Below, in pieces: positions 17,276 to 27,721 of a stretch of DNA of 64,000 nucleotides; position 1 is the first letter of the stretch, and every line of letters starts with the position of its first letter. Position numbers and translations under genes: made by a program. The DNA lies in IMG/VR virus record IMGVR_UViG_3300024493_000235, positions 160,001-224,000 of that record, one strand, 5' to 3'. The notes beneath the pieces were generated by a model. It saw only the letters and a list, made by a program, of their open reading frames with translations. It made no database searches and was not told the DNA's origin. The DNA is from a virus (Duplodnaviria > Caudoviricetes).

Positions 17276-20089
17276 ATGGGATACAGGCAAGACCTAATTT
17301 CAATGGATGCTCATACAATTCTCTTTGTACGAAAAAATAGGGATGCGTTAGCATACCATTGGGATTTTTATGTAAGTAACATAAGCCTGATTTCCAAACT
17401 GTTTTTACACGAACCTGCGGTAGACTGTTTTTTCAAAGCCACTGACGATCCGTTGTCGTGGGTTGACTATAAGTTGGCTCGCGATGACGGACGTTATGAA
17501 AATCCCTTGAAACACGGGGTGAATGAAACTGACGACATACCACAGTTGTGTGAAGCGGCCTTTGCGAAAGGAAATAGGCTAATTTCCAACACGGGAAAGA
17601 TAATTCCAAACGCGATTTACATAGACCAAGAAGGATTTGAATACAGGATTCCTATAAACGATGGAAGAGAAAAGGCTGTGTTATGCCAAGAATTTACCGT
17701 CGGAGGACCTGGAGAAGACAATATTGACGTAGAACTTGAACAATGTTCGGTTTCGAATTTAAAGCTAAGCTTTAAAAACCGGCATCTCATGGACGACTTA
17801 AAACTACGTTTCAGGAATCATGAAAATCGCGGAAATAACATTATATCTTTTAACGCCATCACAGTCCCTCTTGTAATAGACGAATCTGATGTTACATTGG
17901 GATATATAAGAAATGCTCTTCGTATGTCGTCGTTTAATTCCCTTCAAACAAAAGAAGGAGAATTTTCCCTTCCGTTATCACCTATTGCAATAGGGTCTTC
18001 AAAGAAACAATTTTCAAGAAATGAAGATGTTGACGGTCTTGATTGTAATCGATACATAATGACAAGTTGGGGAACTTTATTCAAAATAGATGCCAACAAT
18101 GCATTATGGAAAACACGAAATTTGAATGATCTTGAAAACTGGGTAAGAGTGCATATTCCGCCTTTCATAGACGAATATCTTGATGTGAAAGATGTCCGTA
18201 ATAAATACATTAAAGATTTAAACACAAACGGAAATTTCTTAACAATAGTCCCAGGACCAAATAATACAATCATTGCTTTTGAGCAATTTGATAAAGAGGA
18301 CGTTATAACGATTAATGCCGATGAACTTGATATCGAAAAGATTGCGTACTACGTATCGAATAACGACGGTGTATCGTGGAAGAAGTGTCGGTTTACAAAC
18401 ATCAATGGGGTAGGGAGTACAACACGTAAATTTATCGTTTACAACGTCCCAAATCCCGAAAAGGATACATCTGTTGAAGTGTTTATCCTATCTAATTCCG
18501 ATGGAACTCAAAACGTAGCAAATGTAATGAGTACTAACGGAGTTGTATGGGAAGTAAATCCGATAACAGCGCAATATCCGCAAGGATATGGTGTCATAGA
18601 ATACGATGGACCTCTCTCTGATATCGATTACAGAGCATATCACATTTTCCTTATGGCATCCTGTCTCTATACAAACGACCTTATCAAAGTTCCGTATATC
18701 AATTCAAAAGGGAATGTATTTGTAAAACATGCAAACGGAAAGTTTTTAAAACTTACATCAGAAAATACAACTCCATCTCTTTCGATGCCAGAAATCAGGA
18801 ATTACATTAAAAATAAAATCATAGAAAGAAATCCTGATTTGAACTTATTTGGCCCCTACATAAATGAAAAAGGCGGAATTGATGTCAATGAACTTAATCT
18901 AACTCTTCAATGGGAAGCCAACCTTAAAATGCTTCGAGTCGGATACTGCTTTATGTTTATGAGGATGGATAATCCCGATATACAAGAAGACAGGACAGAG
19001 TATTATGAATCCGGGATTTTTGTTGTGAATTCAACGATTGACGGGTTTGTATATGAAACTCCTAAGTTTACTATAAACACGCTTGACAACGTAATGAAGG
19101 AGACCGGGCAGAAAGACAAGAACTCTGCTTTTGGAAGATTTACAATCCAATTTCAGCAGGGTTTGTGTTGGTACATTGATGGCAAATGGGTTATCCGTGA
19201 TACTCTTGTTGGAGAAGATTATCTTGGCAATGTCTTTGACAACCGGGATATCCAGAAAGGGTATGTATACAGAGTGTCTTCAGATTTTCTTCACTGGTAT
19301 CCTGTACGCAATATCAATGGTGAGCATATCGGAAATACACCTCTTCGTCCTGTTATTACAAACGATAAAGATACAATACTTTTTGTTTCGCAGGATAATG
19401 CTATACATGTGTATGCAATGCCATTTAAAACAAAGCTTCATTATAACTTCAGGGTAAATATCCATAAGTGGACTGGAGTAAACTTAACACAACAGGTACG
19501 CGGCTCTTATGTAAAGACAGGGCCCGTATCTATGCATTACGATACAGATACTCCTCCATATATCGTAGGATTCCCGTGTGAGTTAAATCCAAATGCCACG
19601 ATTCTTCTGTATAACGGAGTTCCAATTATTGATGGAAGCGCGTATGTGAATCCCGAGAATCCCAAAGAGATGATCGTGAACGAAATGATTGCAAAACACG
19701 CATTCATCCGTAACATATGGCCAATCCAGTACAAATACGGAGACCGTAAATATCGCTCTGAAGATTTCTCTGTCATTGTTGCAAGCAGTAAGGACCCGAC
19801 AAAAGATGTTTATGCTTTCATGTGTCCTGGCCGTATTACTTTGAGCACAAAAGAAATCTATGTCGATTTTAATTCCGATGTAGCAGGAGACTTTATTCTA
19901 TTTAACGGAATTAACCACGAATACGTCATTACACACAGGAAAGGAATCAAGTACATATTCTCAAGGTACAGTTTACAAGAAGCCATGGTTGCAGGTTTGA
20001 AATTCAATACTGTAGGATATTCAAACCATAAAGTCATGACTAAGGGGATATACAGACTTCAGTTCTTATCGGTTGACAAAAAAAGTTAA
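17276..20089 (+). CDS. virion structural protein with Asp-box (BNR)-like motifs; possible receptor-binding protein
   Basis: SNNDGVSW, STNGVVW, SSDFLHW motifs; LYNG / LFNG modules. Confidence 0.5.
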   Translation: MGYRQDLISMDAHTILFVRKNRDALAYHWDFYVSNISLISKLFLHEPAVDCFFKATDDPLSWVDYKLARDDGRYENPLKHGVNETDDIPQLCEAAFAKGNRLISNTGKIIPNAIYIDQEGFEYRIPINDGREKAVLCQEFTVGGPGEDNIDVELEQCSVSNLKLSFKNRHLMDDLKLRFRNHENRGNNIISFNAITVPLVIDESDVTLGYIRNALRMSSFNSLQTKEGEFSLPLSPIAIGSSKKQFSRNEDVDGLDCNRYIMTSWGTLFKIDANNALWKTRNLNDLENWVRVHIPPFIDEYLDVKDVRNKYIKDLNTNGNFLTIVPGPNNTIIAFEQFDKEDVITINADELDIEKIAYYVSNNDGVSWKKCRFTNINGVGSTTRKFIVYNVPNPEKDTSVEVFILSNSDGTQNVANVMSTNGVVWEVNPITAQYPQGYGVIEYDGPLSDIDYRAYHIFLMASCLYTNDLIKVPYINSKGNVFVKHANGKFLKLTSENTTPSLSMPEIRNYIKNKIIERNPDLNLFGPYINEKGGIDVNELNLTLQWEANLKMLRVGYCFMFMRMDNPDIQEDRTEYYESGIFVVNSTIDGFVYETPKFTINTLDNVMKETGQKDKNSAFGRFTIQFQQGLCWYIDGKWVIRDTLVGEDYLGNVFDNRDIQKGYVYRVSSDFLHWYPVRNINGEHIGNTPLRPVITNDKDTILFVSQDNAIHVYAMPFKTKLHYNFRVNIHKWTGVNLTQQVRGSYVKTGPVSMHYDTDTPPYIVGFPCELNPNATILLYNGVPIIDGSAYVNPENPKEMIVNEMIAKHAFIRNIWPIQYKYGDRKYRSEDFSVIVASSKDPTKDVYAFMCPGRITLSTKEIYVDFNSDVAGDFILFNGINHEYVITHRKGIKYIFSRYSLQEAMVAGLKFNTVGYSNHKVMTKGIYRLQFLSVDKKS

Positions 20090-20299
20090 TCAAAAAAAAA
20101 CAAAATTCGGAGGGTATTTCGCCCTCCGAATCATTTTCTATCCATGTAATGTTAAATGTACATTTATTGAGATAATAAATCCCTGTAACTCTGATTCTTG
20201 ATACAGCTTTTCTAATGTACAATTCTCCATCAAGGAACCTTCCGAAAATGTCCCAATCATGTTCAAGTTGCTAAATGATGTTTTCTTCAGTGTGGTCTG

Positions 20300-20685
20300 T
20301 CATATGTCCTCCGGTTTAATAATATGCATAATACGACGGTTTGCGGCTTCAATGCTTCCTTCGGGAATTTCATCATATAGGCCATCCATATTTACATTTT
20401 CTGTAGTAGCTGTGATTCGTAATTTCATATTATGCACCACATGCCGCATATTACGATAGTATCTTGCAATAATTTTATCGGAAAGTTTTTTCTTATGTGC
20501 AGAAATAATTCGTATTTTTCCGTCTTTTTCTTGTTCTAATTGTATGACAGTTAATATCGAAATATCGATATCGTCATTAAAATCTATTATTGACGGTCGC
20601 GTTGGGTCTATAATTTCTCCAATAAAATATGAACTATATTTTCTCGTAATAGTTCATCTAACGTAACTTCTTTTATTTCTCCCAT
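20300..20685 (-). pseudogene. frameshifted BrnT-like (DUF497) toxin gene, missing from the ORF track
   Basis: AGGAG + ATG 20685 gives MGEIKEVTLDELLRE...; the -1 frame continues KYSSYFIGEII...ILTVIQLEQEKDGKIRIISAHKK...YYRN to TGA 20300. Confidence 0.45.
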
Positions 20686-20752
20686 TCTGTTCTCCTATAC
20701 ATTTATTATGTATATCCTAAATAATTTTTAATTCATAATCGCATTAAAAATT

Positions 20753-20764
20753 AACATTGAAATA
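20753..20764 (+). promoter_or_regulatory. putative late promoter AACA-N6-TA
   Basis: AACATTGAAATA upstream of the SbcC-like gene. Confidence 0.55.
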
Positions 20765-20778
20765 GAAGAAGGGATTTA

Positions 20779-23541
20779 ATGAAATACACAAGAGCTATTT
20801 TTAAAAATTTCATCGGCTTTAAAATAGGCTTAGGCCTAGATACATTCGAAATAGATTTTTCCAAATGTAAGAATAGGATGGTATTAATTTTAGCCCCTAA
20901 TCGTTCTGGAAAAACAACTCTACTTGAAGGACTAACCCTATTCTCAACAATATATTCAGCGGTCAGAGACGAAAATGATTTTATTCTTCCTGAAAAAGAA
21001 GGATACAGAGAATTACATTTCGAACACGAAGGATCCGCATATATATCAAAAGTTCATTGGAGAACAAAAGTAGGAACGAGATGTTTTCTTTCACATTTTC
21101 AAAATGGGCAAGAAATAGAATTGAATCCTTCTGGAAACGTTGGAAGTTACGACGAGGTATTACTTGCAAGATTCGGTTTATCCAAGGAACATAACAAACT
21201 TTTATTTTTGGGTCCGGGTCTTAGAGATGTAGTATCTATGACACCATCAGAGCGAAAATCTAACATCTCAAAGTTTACCCCAGATATTCAAGTTTATCTT
21301 GATATGTATCAGGATACTTCGAAATACTTTGCAAAATTAAAAGGTGATATCGCATCTGTTATAAGCGAATTGCATAGACTTGGAGACAGTAAAGAAAATA
21401 TACTGTTACGATTACAAAATGCAAAAGCTAGATATGATTCTATTCTTGAAAAAGTGACATACCTTAAAACTGTTGAATCAAAAGCACAATCCATTATTGA
21501 CATGCTTAATATTGGTGGAAAACCTATTGTACAATCATATACTGAAATGAAAAAAGAATATGAGAAAATAGGATCCAATCTTATTACTCTAAATGATACA
21601 TTTAAAGATATCTGTACAAAATATGATATATCATCCGATAAGCATCAAGATGAATATACAAAGATGCAACAAGAAGTGAGGGATTATTATGTAACACTTC
21701 AAGTAAAGTACGACAGCGGATTAACACGAGAAAGAGAACTTATAACAACAAGAAGTACGTTACAAAATATCATACAGCAAAAAACAAAAGACTTGGAGGA
21801 TTATGAAGATAAAAATAATCCCGATAAGTTTTTAATAGAACAAAAATCCTTATCTGATGAACTTATATCTTCTACAAGAATCATCGATTCTCTTTTAGAA
21901 GAGATACCGCAACTTAAGGATTATATAAACCTCTTTACAAAAGACGACGCTACAAAATATATGCTTTTTGTTGACAATGTGATTGACAAAACAAATGCTC
22001 TTCGATCTAGGTATGATGAAAGTAGCATATTCGAAGATTATATCGCAAAAAAGATAGACTTTAAATCTTTTGAGAATACCAAAATCGAACTTGAAAAAGA
22101 ATATAACGACACAATGGAAGAGCTTCAGAGGTACCAAGAAAAAATAAAAGGCTACGATCATCTTAAAGTATTATCAGACTTACTTGTAAATATACCTTCT
22201 ACTTGTAAGGAAAAATCGTGTCCTTTTATAATTAAAGCAAACGAGTTTACAACTATAGGAAAAGAGCATCCCATAATTCTTCAAAAGATAATAGATCTTA
22301 CAGCCACATCAAATGCCTTATACGAAAAGATATCAAAATTTGATGAATATGAAAATAAGGCTAGACAACTTTTAAAAGACATGCTCCAGTTTCAAATGTA
22401 CTTAAATAGCAATTCGGAAATAATAACAAAATTTCCGGATTTTAATCTTTTCTCAGATCCTTGTGTATTTATTCAAAATGTAATGATAATACTTCCTAGA
22501 GCTAGAAAGTTCTCTGAGTTTTCTTATGCACAGGAAAGACATGCATTTTTATTGCAAAGACTTACAGAATTAGAGAAATTTATATCCGATGCTGCAAGTT
22601 TTTATACCCATGTAGAGCAAACTCGTAAGGATATCGATGAAATAAACGCTAAAATAATTGAATATAATGACGAGATACAACATTTGTATAATGACAAAAG
22701 CAGGATTCTAGAAGAACTTCGCGTTTACGAAGCAAAATCTGGGGACCTTTTGTCGTTGCTTTCCATCCGTTCGAATATTTTAGTTGGGCTAAAAAGGTAT
22801 TCGGACCTCAAAGAAATCATTAACCGCTTGCACAAACATTATGTCGCCGGCCTTGCCTTTGAGGATAATATCGAAAGGCTTCGGTCAAAAATCACATTCG
22901 CAAAAGATGAGCTTGGCCAATTGGAAAAAGAGCTCACTGACGCAGACTATACCATGCGCACTTTTGATGAATACGAAAAGAAACGGGATATCCTTACTGA
23001 AGAGTATGGCCTTCTTGAGACTTTGCGTAAAGCGTGGTCACCAACAACCGGGATTCCGCTTATCTTTATTGAAGGATTCATGAATAGGCTGTTAAGAGAT
23101 GCTAACAAGTACTTGGCAGAGATTTGGCCGGAACAAGACCTTATTATCGATGGATTTATAATCGACGAAAAAAACTTTTATATTAACGTCATTCAATCTG
23201 ATTCGCTTGAGAGCCATGATGCTTCTGTTTGTTCAGGAGCAGAACGAGCTACTCTTACCACCGTTTTATCTTTGGCATTATTAAATCAATTCCCAAACGT
23301 CTCTTCGATGTATAACATCGTAAAATTTGACGAAATCGATAATCCTTTGGATTATAACACTGCGAAGACTTTTGTAGGTATTTTAAACGACTTATTGGAT
23401 AATATTAATTGCCAACAGTCGTTTTTGATTTCTCATAATGATACCTTCTTAAGCGACAGTGATGTTATTTTACTTAAGGACAGCGAGCAATGGGAATCAA
23501 GGGTACTATCTGGTAACTTTAATATCATTTATCGAAACTAA
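20779..23541 (+). CDS. sbcC: SbcC/Rad50-like SMC ATPase
   Basis: Walker A APNRSGKTT, coiled coils, Zn-hook-like CKEKSCP, signature SGAE, Walker B FDEID, ISH. Confidence 0.9.
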   Translation: MKYTRAIFKNFIGFKIGLGLDTFEIDFSKCKNRMVLILAPNRSGKTTLLEGLTLFSTIYSAVRDENDFILPEKEGYRELHFEHEGSAYISKVHWRTKVGTRCFLSHFQNGQEIELNPSGNVGSYDEVLLARFGLSKEHNKLLFLGPGLRDVVSMTPSERKSNISKFTPDIQVYLDMYQDTSKYFAKLKGDIASVISELHRLGDSKENILLRLQNAKARYDSILEKVTYLKTVESKAQSIIDMLNIGGKPIVQSYTEMKKEYEKIGSNLITLNDTFKDICTKYDISSDKHQDEYTKMQQEVRDYYVTLQVKYDSGLTRERELITTRSTLQNIIQQKTKDLEDYEDKNNPDKFLIEQKSLSDELISSTRIIDSLLEEIPQLKDYINLFTKDDATKYMLFVDNVIDKTNALRSRYDESSIFEDYIAKKIDFKSFENTKIELEKEYNDTMEELQRYQEKIKGYDHLKVLSDLLVNIPSTCKEKSCPFIIKANEFTTIGKEHPIILQKIIDLTATSNALYEKISKFDEYENKARQLLKDMLQFQMYLNSNSEIITKFPDFNLFSDPCVFIQNVMIILPRARKFSEFSYAQERHAFLLQRLTELEKFISDAASFYTHVEQTRKDIDEINAKIIEYNDEIQHLYNDKSRILEELRVYEAKSGDLLSLLSIRSNILVGLKRYSDLKEIINRLHKHYVAGLAFEDNIERLRSKITFAKDELGQLEKELTDADYTMRTFDEYEKKRDILTEEYGLLETLRKAWSPTTGIPLIFIEGFMNRLLRDANKYLAEIWPEQDLIIDGFIIDEKNFYINVIQSDSLESHDASVCSGAERATLTTVLSLALLNQFPNVSSMYNIVKFDEIDNPLDYNTAKTFVGILNDLLDNINCQQSFLISHNDTFLSDSDVILLKDSEQWESRVLSGNFNIIYRN

Positions 23542-23584
23542 GTGATATTTTTGTATAACAAATTCATTATTTAAGGAGACTATT

Positions 23585-24046
23585 ATGGCTATTTTTAATG
23601 GTTCGGAAGATGACGCCGTGGCTTTTGAAGACGAAGATCAGAAAGCTGCCGATGACAGTGAAACTTCCGATTCCGGTAACGGAGATGCCGCCGATGACAG
23701 TGATGATTCCGATGGCGGAGAAGGCAAAGGTGAGGGAAGCGACGATTCCAATGAAGGTGACGACAAAACCACCGATGAGGATGACGACCTTGCTGACAGC
23801 ACAGGAGACCAGGATTTGGATGAGACCATGAATCCGGCCGAAGATAACGTCGAGACCTCTGAAACCGATAATGGTGGTGGCCCGACGGAACCCGTGGCAA
23901 CAGAAATGGATGCCGCAGGAGGCCCGGACGAGGTTGAAGCCGAGGATGACAACCTCGAACCGACTGCCGTTGATTCAGAGCCGCCAGCCCAATTTGACCC
24001 GGAACAGCTTCCGCCGCCTGAAGGTTCAGGAAGCACAGAAGGCTAA
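23585..24046 (+). CDS. highly acidic intrinsically disordered protein
   Basis: 153 aa dominated by D/E/G/S/P; AAGGAG RBS; terminator follows at ~24073-24108. Confidence 0.7.
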   Translation: MAIFNGSEDDAVAFEDEDQKAADDSETSDSGNGDAADDSDDSDGGEGKGEGSDDSNEGDDKTTDEDDDLADSTGDQDLDETMNPAEDNVETSETDNGGGPTEPVATEMDAAGGPDEVEAEDDNLEPTAVDSEPPAQFDPEQLPPPEGSGSTEG

Positions 24047-24138
24047 GGAATTACATTCCAATCCTCCACAAATAAGCTACCACCCATCTGGGTGGTAGCT
24101 TATTTTTTGTCCACATGCTTTAGATAAAATAAAGTTAA

Positions 24139-24150
24139 AACACTATATTA
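24139..24150 (+). promoter_or_regulatory. putative late promoter AACA-N6-TA
   Basis: AACACTATATTA. Confidence 0.55.
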
Positions 24151-24176
24151 ATACAGAAATTTAAGCGAGGAATTGC

Positions 24177-24635
24177 ATGGAGAATGGTGTTACACTTATA
24201 AGACTTCCATCAGCACCTGAAGAGATTCAAGAGACAGAATTGCTACATCGATTAGCAGGAAAAATTGCATCTAATTATATTCAACGCGTTACTGTTATAA
24301 GAGAATCTTTAAAAATATTGCACAAAAATAATATTTTTATTGTAAATGCCACAGACGAAAATTATACTAAAAACGGCATTCCTATGTTCAAACTTGAAAT
24401 ACAAATGTTTGTTACAGGTGTCTGTTATGGTCGTATATGTATAACTCAAGATGACTATATAGACATTGCAATGATCTTATCTGAAAAGATAACACATGAT
24501 TGCAAAGACGTTTATTTCTTGGAAGAAAATGACTTCAGGTTGATTTATACAAATATGCTTCTGTCAATACTTGAAGCACTTTCAATAGAACCATTTTTTA
24601 GTTGTTACAGTATAACAGGTGTTGGCATAGAGTAA
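24177..24635 (+). CDS. hypothetical protein
   Basis: 152 aa with GAGG RBS. Confidence 0.6.
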   Translation: MENGVTLIRLPSAPEEIQETELLHRLAGKIASNYIQRVTVIRESLKILHKNNIFIVNATDENYTKNGIPMFKLEIQMFVTGVCYGRICITQDDYIDIAMILSEKITHDCKDVYFLEENDFRLIYTNMLLSILEALSIEPFFSCYSITGVGIE

Positions 24636-24648
24636 AGGAGAAATAAAA

Positions 24649-25443
24649 GTGGCAGCTCTTACCAAAATACAAAAGTTTCGCAAAGAAGTCACGAAAACAA
24701 TACACGATTTTATGATCATATTTGATCCTTCAGGAAATAGCGCAAAGAAATGGGATGATTATCTTAATCATTTCTCTGATGCAGCTTTTGTAAAAGAGAT
24801 AAAAAGAATTTTAGATAATCCCAAAATATATTTTTCACCTGAAATACAATCGTTTAATAAGAACGCACAACCTAAATTCGATAACTATCAGAAACTTGCT
24901 AAGATGGTAGGAGTTGAACTAGAAGAATATGTGGCACTTCCGTATATGACAGAAGGTACAAGTATTACATCTCCTGTGGTTACAGCTACGAAGGTGCCTG
25001 TTGGAAAATTGCACTTAAAAAGACTTCAGCAAATAATTCGGAAGAAAAATAAAGTTACAACTTCGGCGGAAAAACGGGATGCCAGAACCGGGCAAGTTAT
25101 AAAAGAAGATAAGGGTGCTAAAATTACAGGTCCTGATCTTTTTTCTCTTACTGTTGTTGGAGCTGGGCCTGTTATGAAAGAACTTTATGGACCAAGAGCC
25201 GATTCTATGGACGCAAAGGAAGAATTATACAAGCAACTTAGAGAAGGAGTTAAACTTCCGCGCCTTTCAAGTCTTCCTAACAATATCGAAGACAAAATAG
25301 CTTTAAATACCATGAATAATTATATTCTTGGTAGCTCTCTTATTTCAGATCTGACAAGTAATAGTTATGTATTGTCGATTACCACAAACGACATACTACA
25401 AGGGAGACTCGGCAAACGTGTTGAACAAGGGAGGAAACCGTAG
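24649..25443 (+). CDS. RNA polymerase beta subunit C-terminal fragment (probably virion RNAP)
   Basis: VPVGKLHLKRLQQ...RDARTGQV...GAKITGPDLFSL..GA...KELYGPRAD parallels the RpoB C-terminus (VG.Y.LKL.H...TQQP...GQR.GEME..AL.AYGA...LQE....SD); lies in a late operon. Confidence 0.75.
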   Translation: MAALTKIQKFRKEVTKTIHDFMIIFDPSGNSAKKWDDYLNHFSDAAFVKEIKRILDNPKIYFSPEIQSFNKNAQPKFDNYQKLAKMVGVELEEYVALPYMTEGTSITSPVVTATKVPVGKLHLKRLQQIIRKKNKVTTSAEKRDARTGQVIKEDKGAKITGPDLFSLTVVGAGPVMKELYGPRADSMDAKEELYKQLREGVKLPRLSSLPNNIEDKIALNTMNNYILGSSLISDLTSNSYVLSITTNDILQGRLGKRVEQGRKP

Positions 25444-25878
25444 ATGGCCACACAGAATCAGAATGAAAATCTTGTTCTAAAGTTGTTAGAACAGATTCAA
25501 AGAAAAATGGATTTAATGGGAGAAGCGATTCAGGAAATAAAAAGCGACATGGTTCGACAACATGGAAAAATCGAATCAATGAATGAAAAGCTTACAGACA
25601 TTGCCAACAAGCAAGCTGATTTCGAAAATCGTGTAAGAGCACTTGAGACCAGTACCGTAAAGACCAAAGATGTTGATGAACTATACGTACGTATTCGAAA
25701 ACTTGAGGAAGTGCCTGATAAGAAAATTCTTGACAGATGGAGCTTCTTTAAAAAATGCGCCATTGCTGCAGTCGGACTTGTTGTTACGGCTATCATAGCT
25801 TCAGGAATATGGTTCTTTCTTAACATGGCACGGGATTTAAATCTTCTCACGGAGTTAATTAACGGCGCACACCCTTAA
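25444..25878 (+). CDS. coiled-coil protein with a single C-terminal TM helix (holin/hemolysin-XhlA-like)
   Basis: Heptad N-terminal region, hydrophobic AIAAVGLVVTAIIASGIWFFL. Confidence 0.45.
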   Translation: MATQNQNENLVLKLLEQIQRKMDLMGEAIQEIKSDMVRQHGKIESMNEKLTDIANKQADFENRVRALETSTVKTKDVDELYVRIRKLEEVPDKKILDRWSFFKKCAIAAVGLVVTAIIASGIWFFLNMARDLNLLTELINGAHP

Positions 25879-25892
25879 AAAAAGGAAAAAAT

Positions 25893-26618
25893 ATGATAAT
25901 TAAAGAAGTAAACGCGTCTGTTGATAATCGGGAAGAATTTGATGAAATTTTTACACAATTTATAAGTCCAGAATGGAATAACAAAGTTGATAGGGAAGCT
26001 GCTAGAGAACATACGTTCAATTTCTTGTTCATAAAACACGATACAATTGTTCGTAAAATGCTAGCAGCTTCTACTTCGACAGGAGAACTTATGGGGTGCA
26101 TGATATTTCATTACTACACAAAAATTGATTGTACCCTTATCGCTTTCGTAAATGTAGGACATTCCTTCCGATATCAAAACATAGCGTCAAGTCTTTTAAC
26201 AAAAAGTATCGAATTATGCGAAGAACTTGCAGAAACGTATTCGAATAAAAGAATACATTCGATATTTTCAATATGCCGCCGTCCTTCCATTGTAGAAAAA
26301 GGTCTTACGGACCTGCTTTCATTTTTTTCAAAAAGGCATTTCACACTTATCCGTTTAGAAACGTCAATTCCAAGATTGTATGCAAACACGAAAGAAGAGA
26401 CTGTGTTAGTCGTAAGACAATACACTCATCTTAATCTTTTGAATATACCAAAAGAATCGGTAAGTTCGTTTGTTGAATTATATCTTGTATACGAAGTTCC
26501 TGAACCTATGGAAATTGTAGAAGATATATACACAAACTTTGAAAATGAGATAGCGAAGAAAGATACAATTCCTGTCGGCGCTATTAAACTTGAAACTTGT
26601 TTAGGAGATATAAAATAA
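25893..26618 (+). CDS. GNAT-fold acetyltransferase-like protein
   Basis: IAFVNVGHSFRYQNIASSLL resembles acetyl-CoA motif A; FFSKRHF resembles the FY.K.GF motif. Confidence 0.55.
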   Translation: MIIKEVNASVDNREEFDEIFTQFISPEWNNKVDREAAREHTFNFLFIKHDTIVRKMLAASTSTGELMGCMIFHYYTKIDCTLIAFVNVGHSFRYQNIASSLLTKSIELCEELAETYSNKRIHSIFSICRRPSIVEKGLTDLLSFFSKRHFTLIRLETSIPRLYANTKEETVLVVRQYTHLNLLNIPKESVSSFVELYLVYEVPEPMEIVEDIYTNFENEIAKKDTIPVGAIKLETCLGDIK

Positions 26619-26762
26619 TGGAACACTGTTCTGAAGCTTATGAAGGGTTTGACGGAAGTCACCTTACAATGGAAGAAGGCACATTATCTGCCTTAGGGTT
26701 AAACCCCGATTCTGTGAATTCTCTTACGGAGAATATAACTCCTCATGTACGGAGGGAAAACA

Positions 26763-27128
26763 ATGGCGGAGAACTCAAACAACAGTCCGCAAACAGATGA
26801 TAAAAAATTTACTCAAGACAAATTTCTTTCTATTTTAAAAAAGATAGGTCTTGTCGTCCTCGGAATTCTCGGTGCAATTATCAGCGTTCTTTTAATGCAG
26901 AGCGTTAGCGATAAAAATAAAACAAAAGAGCAAGAAGCAAAAAAGAATCTTGACGATTCTGTTGCAAAGGCAAAAGACACAGCTAATACATTACAACAAA
27001 AAACTGGTAAAGCTAAAGAAGATGCTTCTTTAGCTATGAATACAGTTCAAACAAATACAGTAAATGATAGGCTGGATAGTCTTGAAGATGCTGGGATTAT
27101 TACAAGAAAGCAAAAGGATAAACCATGA
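26763..27128 (+). CDS. membrane protein with N-terminal TM and coiled coil (i-spanin-like)
   Basis: KKIGLVVLGILGAIISVLLM followed by an A/K/Q-rich helix; GGAGG RBS. Confidence 0.5.
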   Translation: MAENSNNSPQTDDKKFTQDKFLSILKKIGLVVLGILGAIISVLLMQSVSDKNKTKEQEAKKNLDDSVAKAKDTANTLQQKTGKAKEDASLAMNTVQTNTVNDRLDSLEDAGIITRKQKDKP

Positions 27129-27637
27129 AAAATCTATGTTTAGTTTTTCTTATCTTTATTTCATCTTCTCTTTTTGCGCTTCCTCCTGTTGAAAAAGAAA
27201 TAGGAGATGAGATTGTCGTCTTTAAAGTTCCTGATGATTATGAAACGCTTGTAACGTATTACAAAGCGATAATAGAAGTATATGCCGCAAGTGAAAATCG
27301 CAATCTCTTATTGGAGGAGCACATCAAGATTCTATCTAAAGATATAGACGAAGTTGTCGATATCTCAGATCAAATGAAAGAAGATGTGTCTTCCATAGAA
27401 GACGCGGTAAAAATATACGAAAAGACGCGAAATATGTTTTTTACTTATTGGGGAGCTGTAGCAAGTTATGGTTTTGCATCTAACGGAGAGGGTTTCTATC
27501 AAAATATACAAGCAGGACCAGCATTTGCATTCGGAAGAAGCGGTTGGTTTGTACAATTAGCCCTTCCATTACAGGTGAGTTTTCCGGTGTTAAGCATAGG
27601 CGGCGCAATTCAAATTTCGGTGGTATTTCGCAAATAG
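27125..27637 (+). CDS. secreted coiled-coil protein with C-terminal amphipathic beta strands (outer-membrane anchored, o-spanin-like)
   Basis: Signal peptide MKNLCLVFLIFISSSLFA, coiled coil, ~4 alternating beta strands ending VVFRK; ATGA overlap with the upstream gene. Confidence 0.45.
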   Translation: MKNLCLVFLIFISSSLFALPPVEKEIGDEIVVFKVPDDYETLVTYYKAIIEVYAASENRNLLLEEHIKILSKDIDEVVDISDQMKEDVSSIEDAVKIYEKTRNMFFTYWGAVASYGFASNGEGFYQNIQAGPAFAFGRSGWFVQLALPLQVSFPVLSIGGAIQISVVFRK

Positions 27638-27654
27638 TCAATCTTTTTTTTAAG

Positions 27655-27664
27655 TATACATAAT
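27655..27664 (+). promoter_or_regulatory. putative early/middle promoter motif
   Basis: TATACATAAT upstream of the tubulin gene. Confidence 0.55.
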
Positions 27665-27721
27665 ATACATACAATGAAATGGAGAAGTCAAAGACTATTG
27701 TGAAAAGACATAGGAGGGAAA

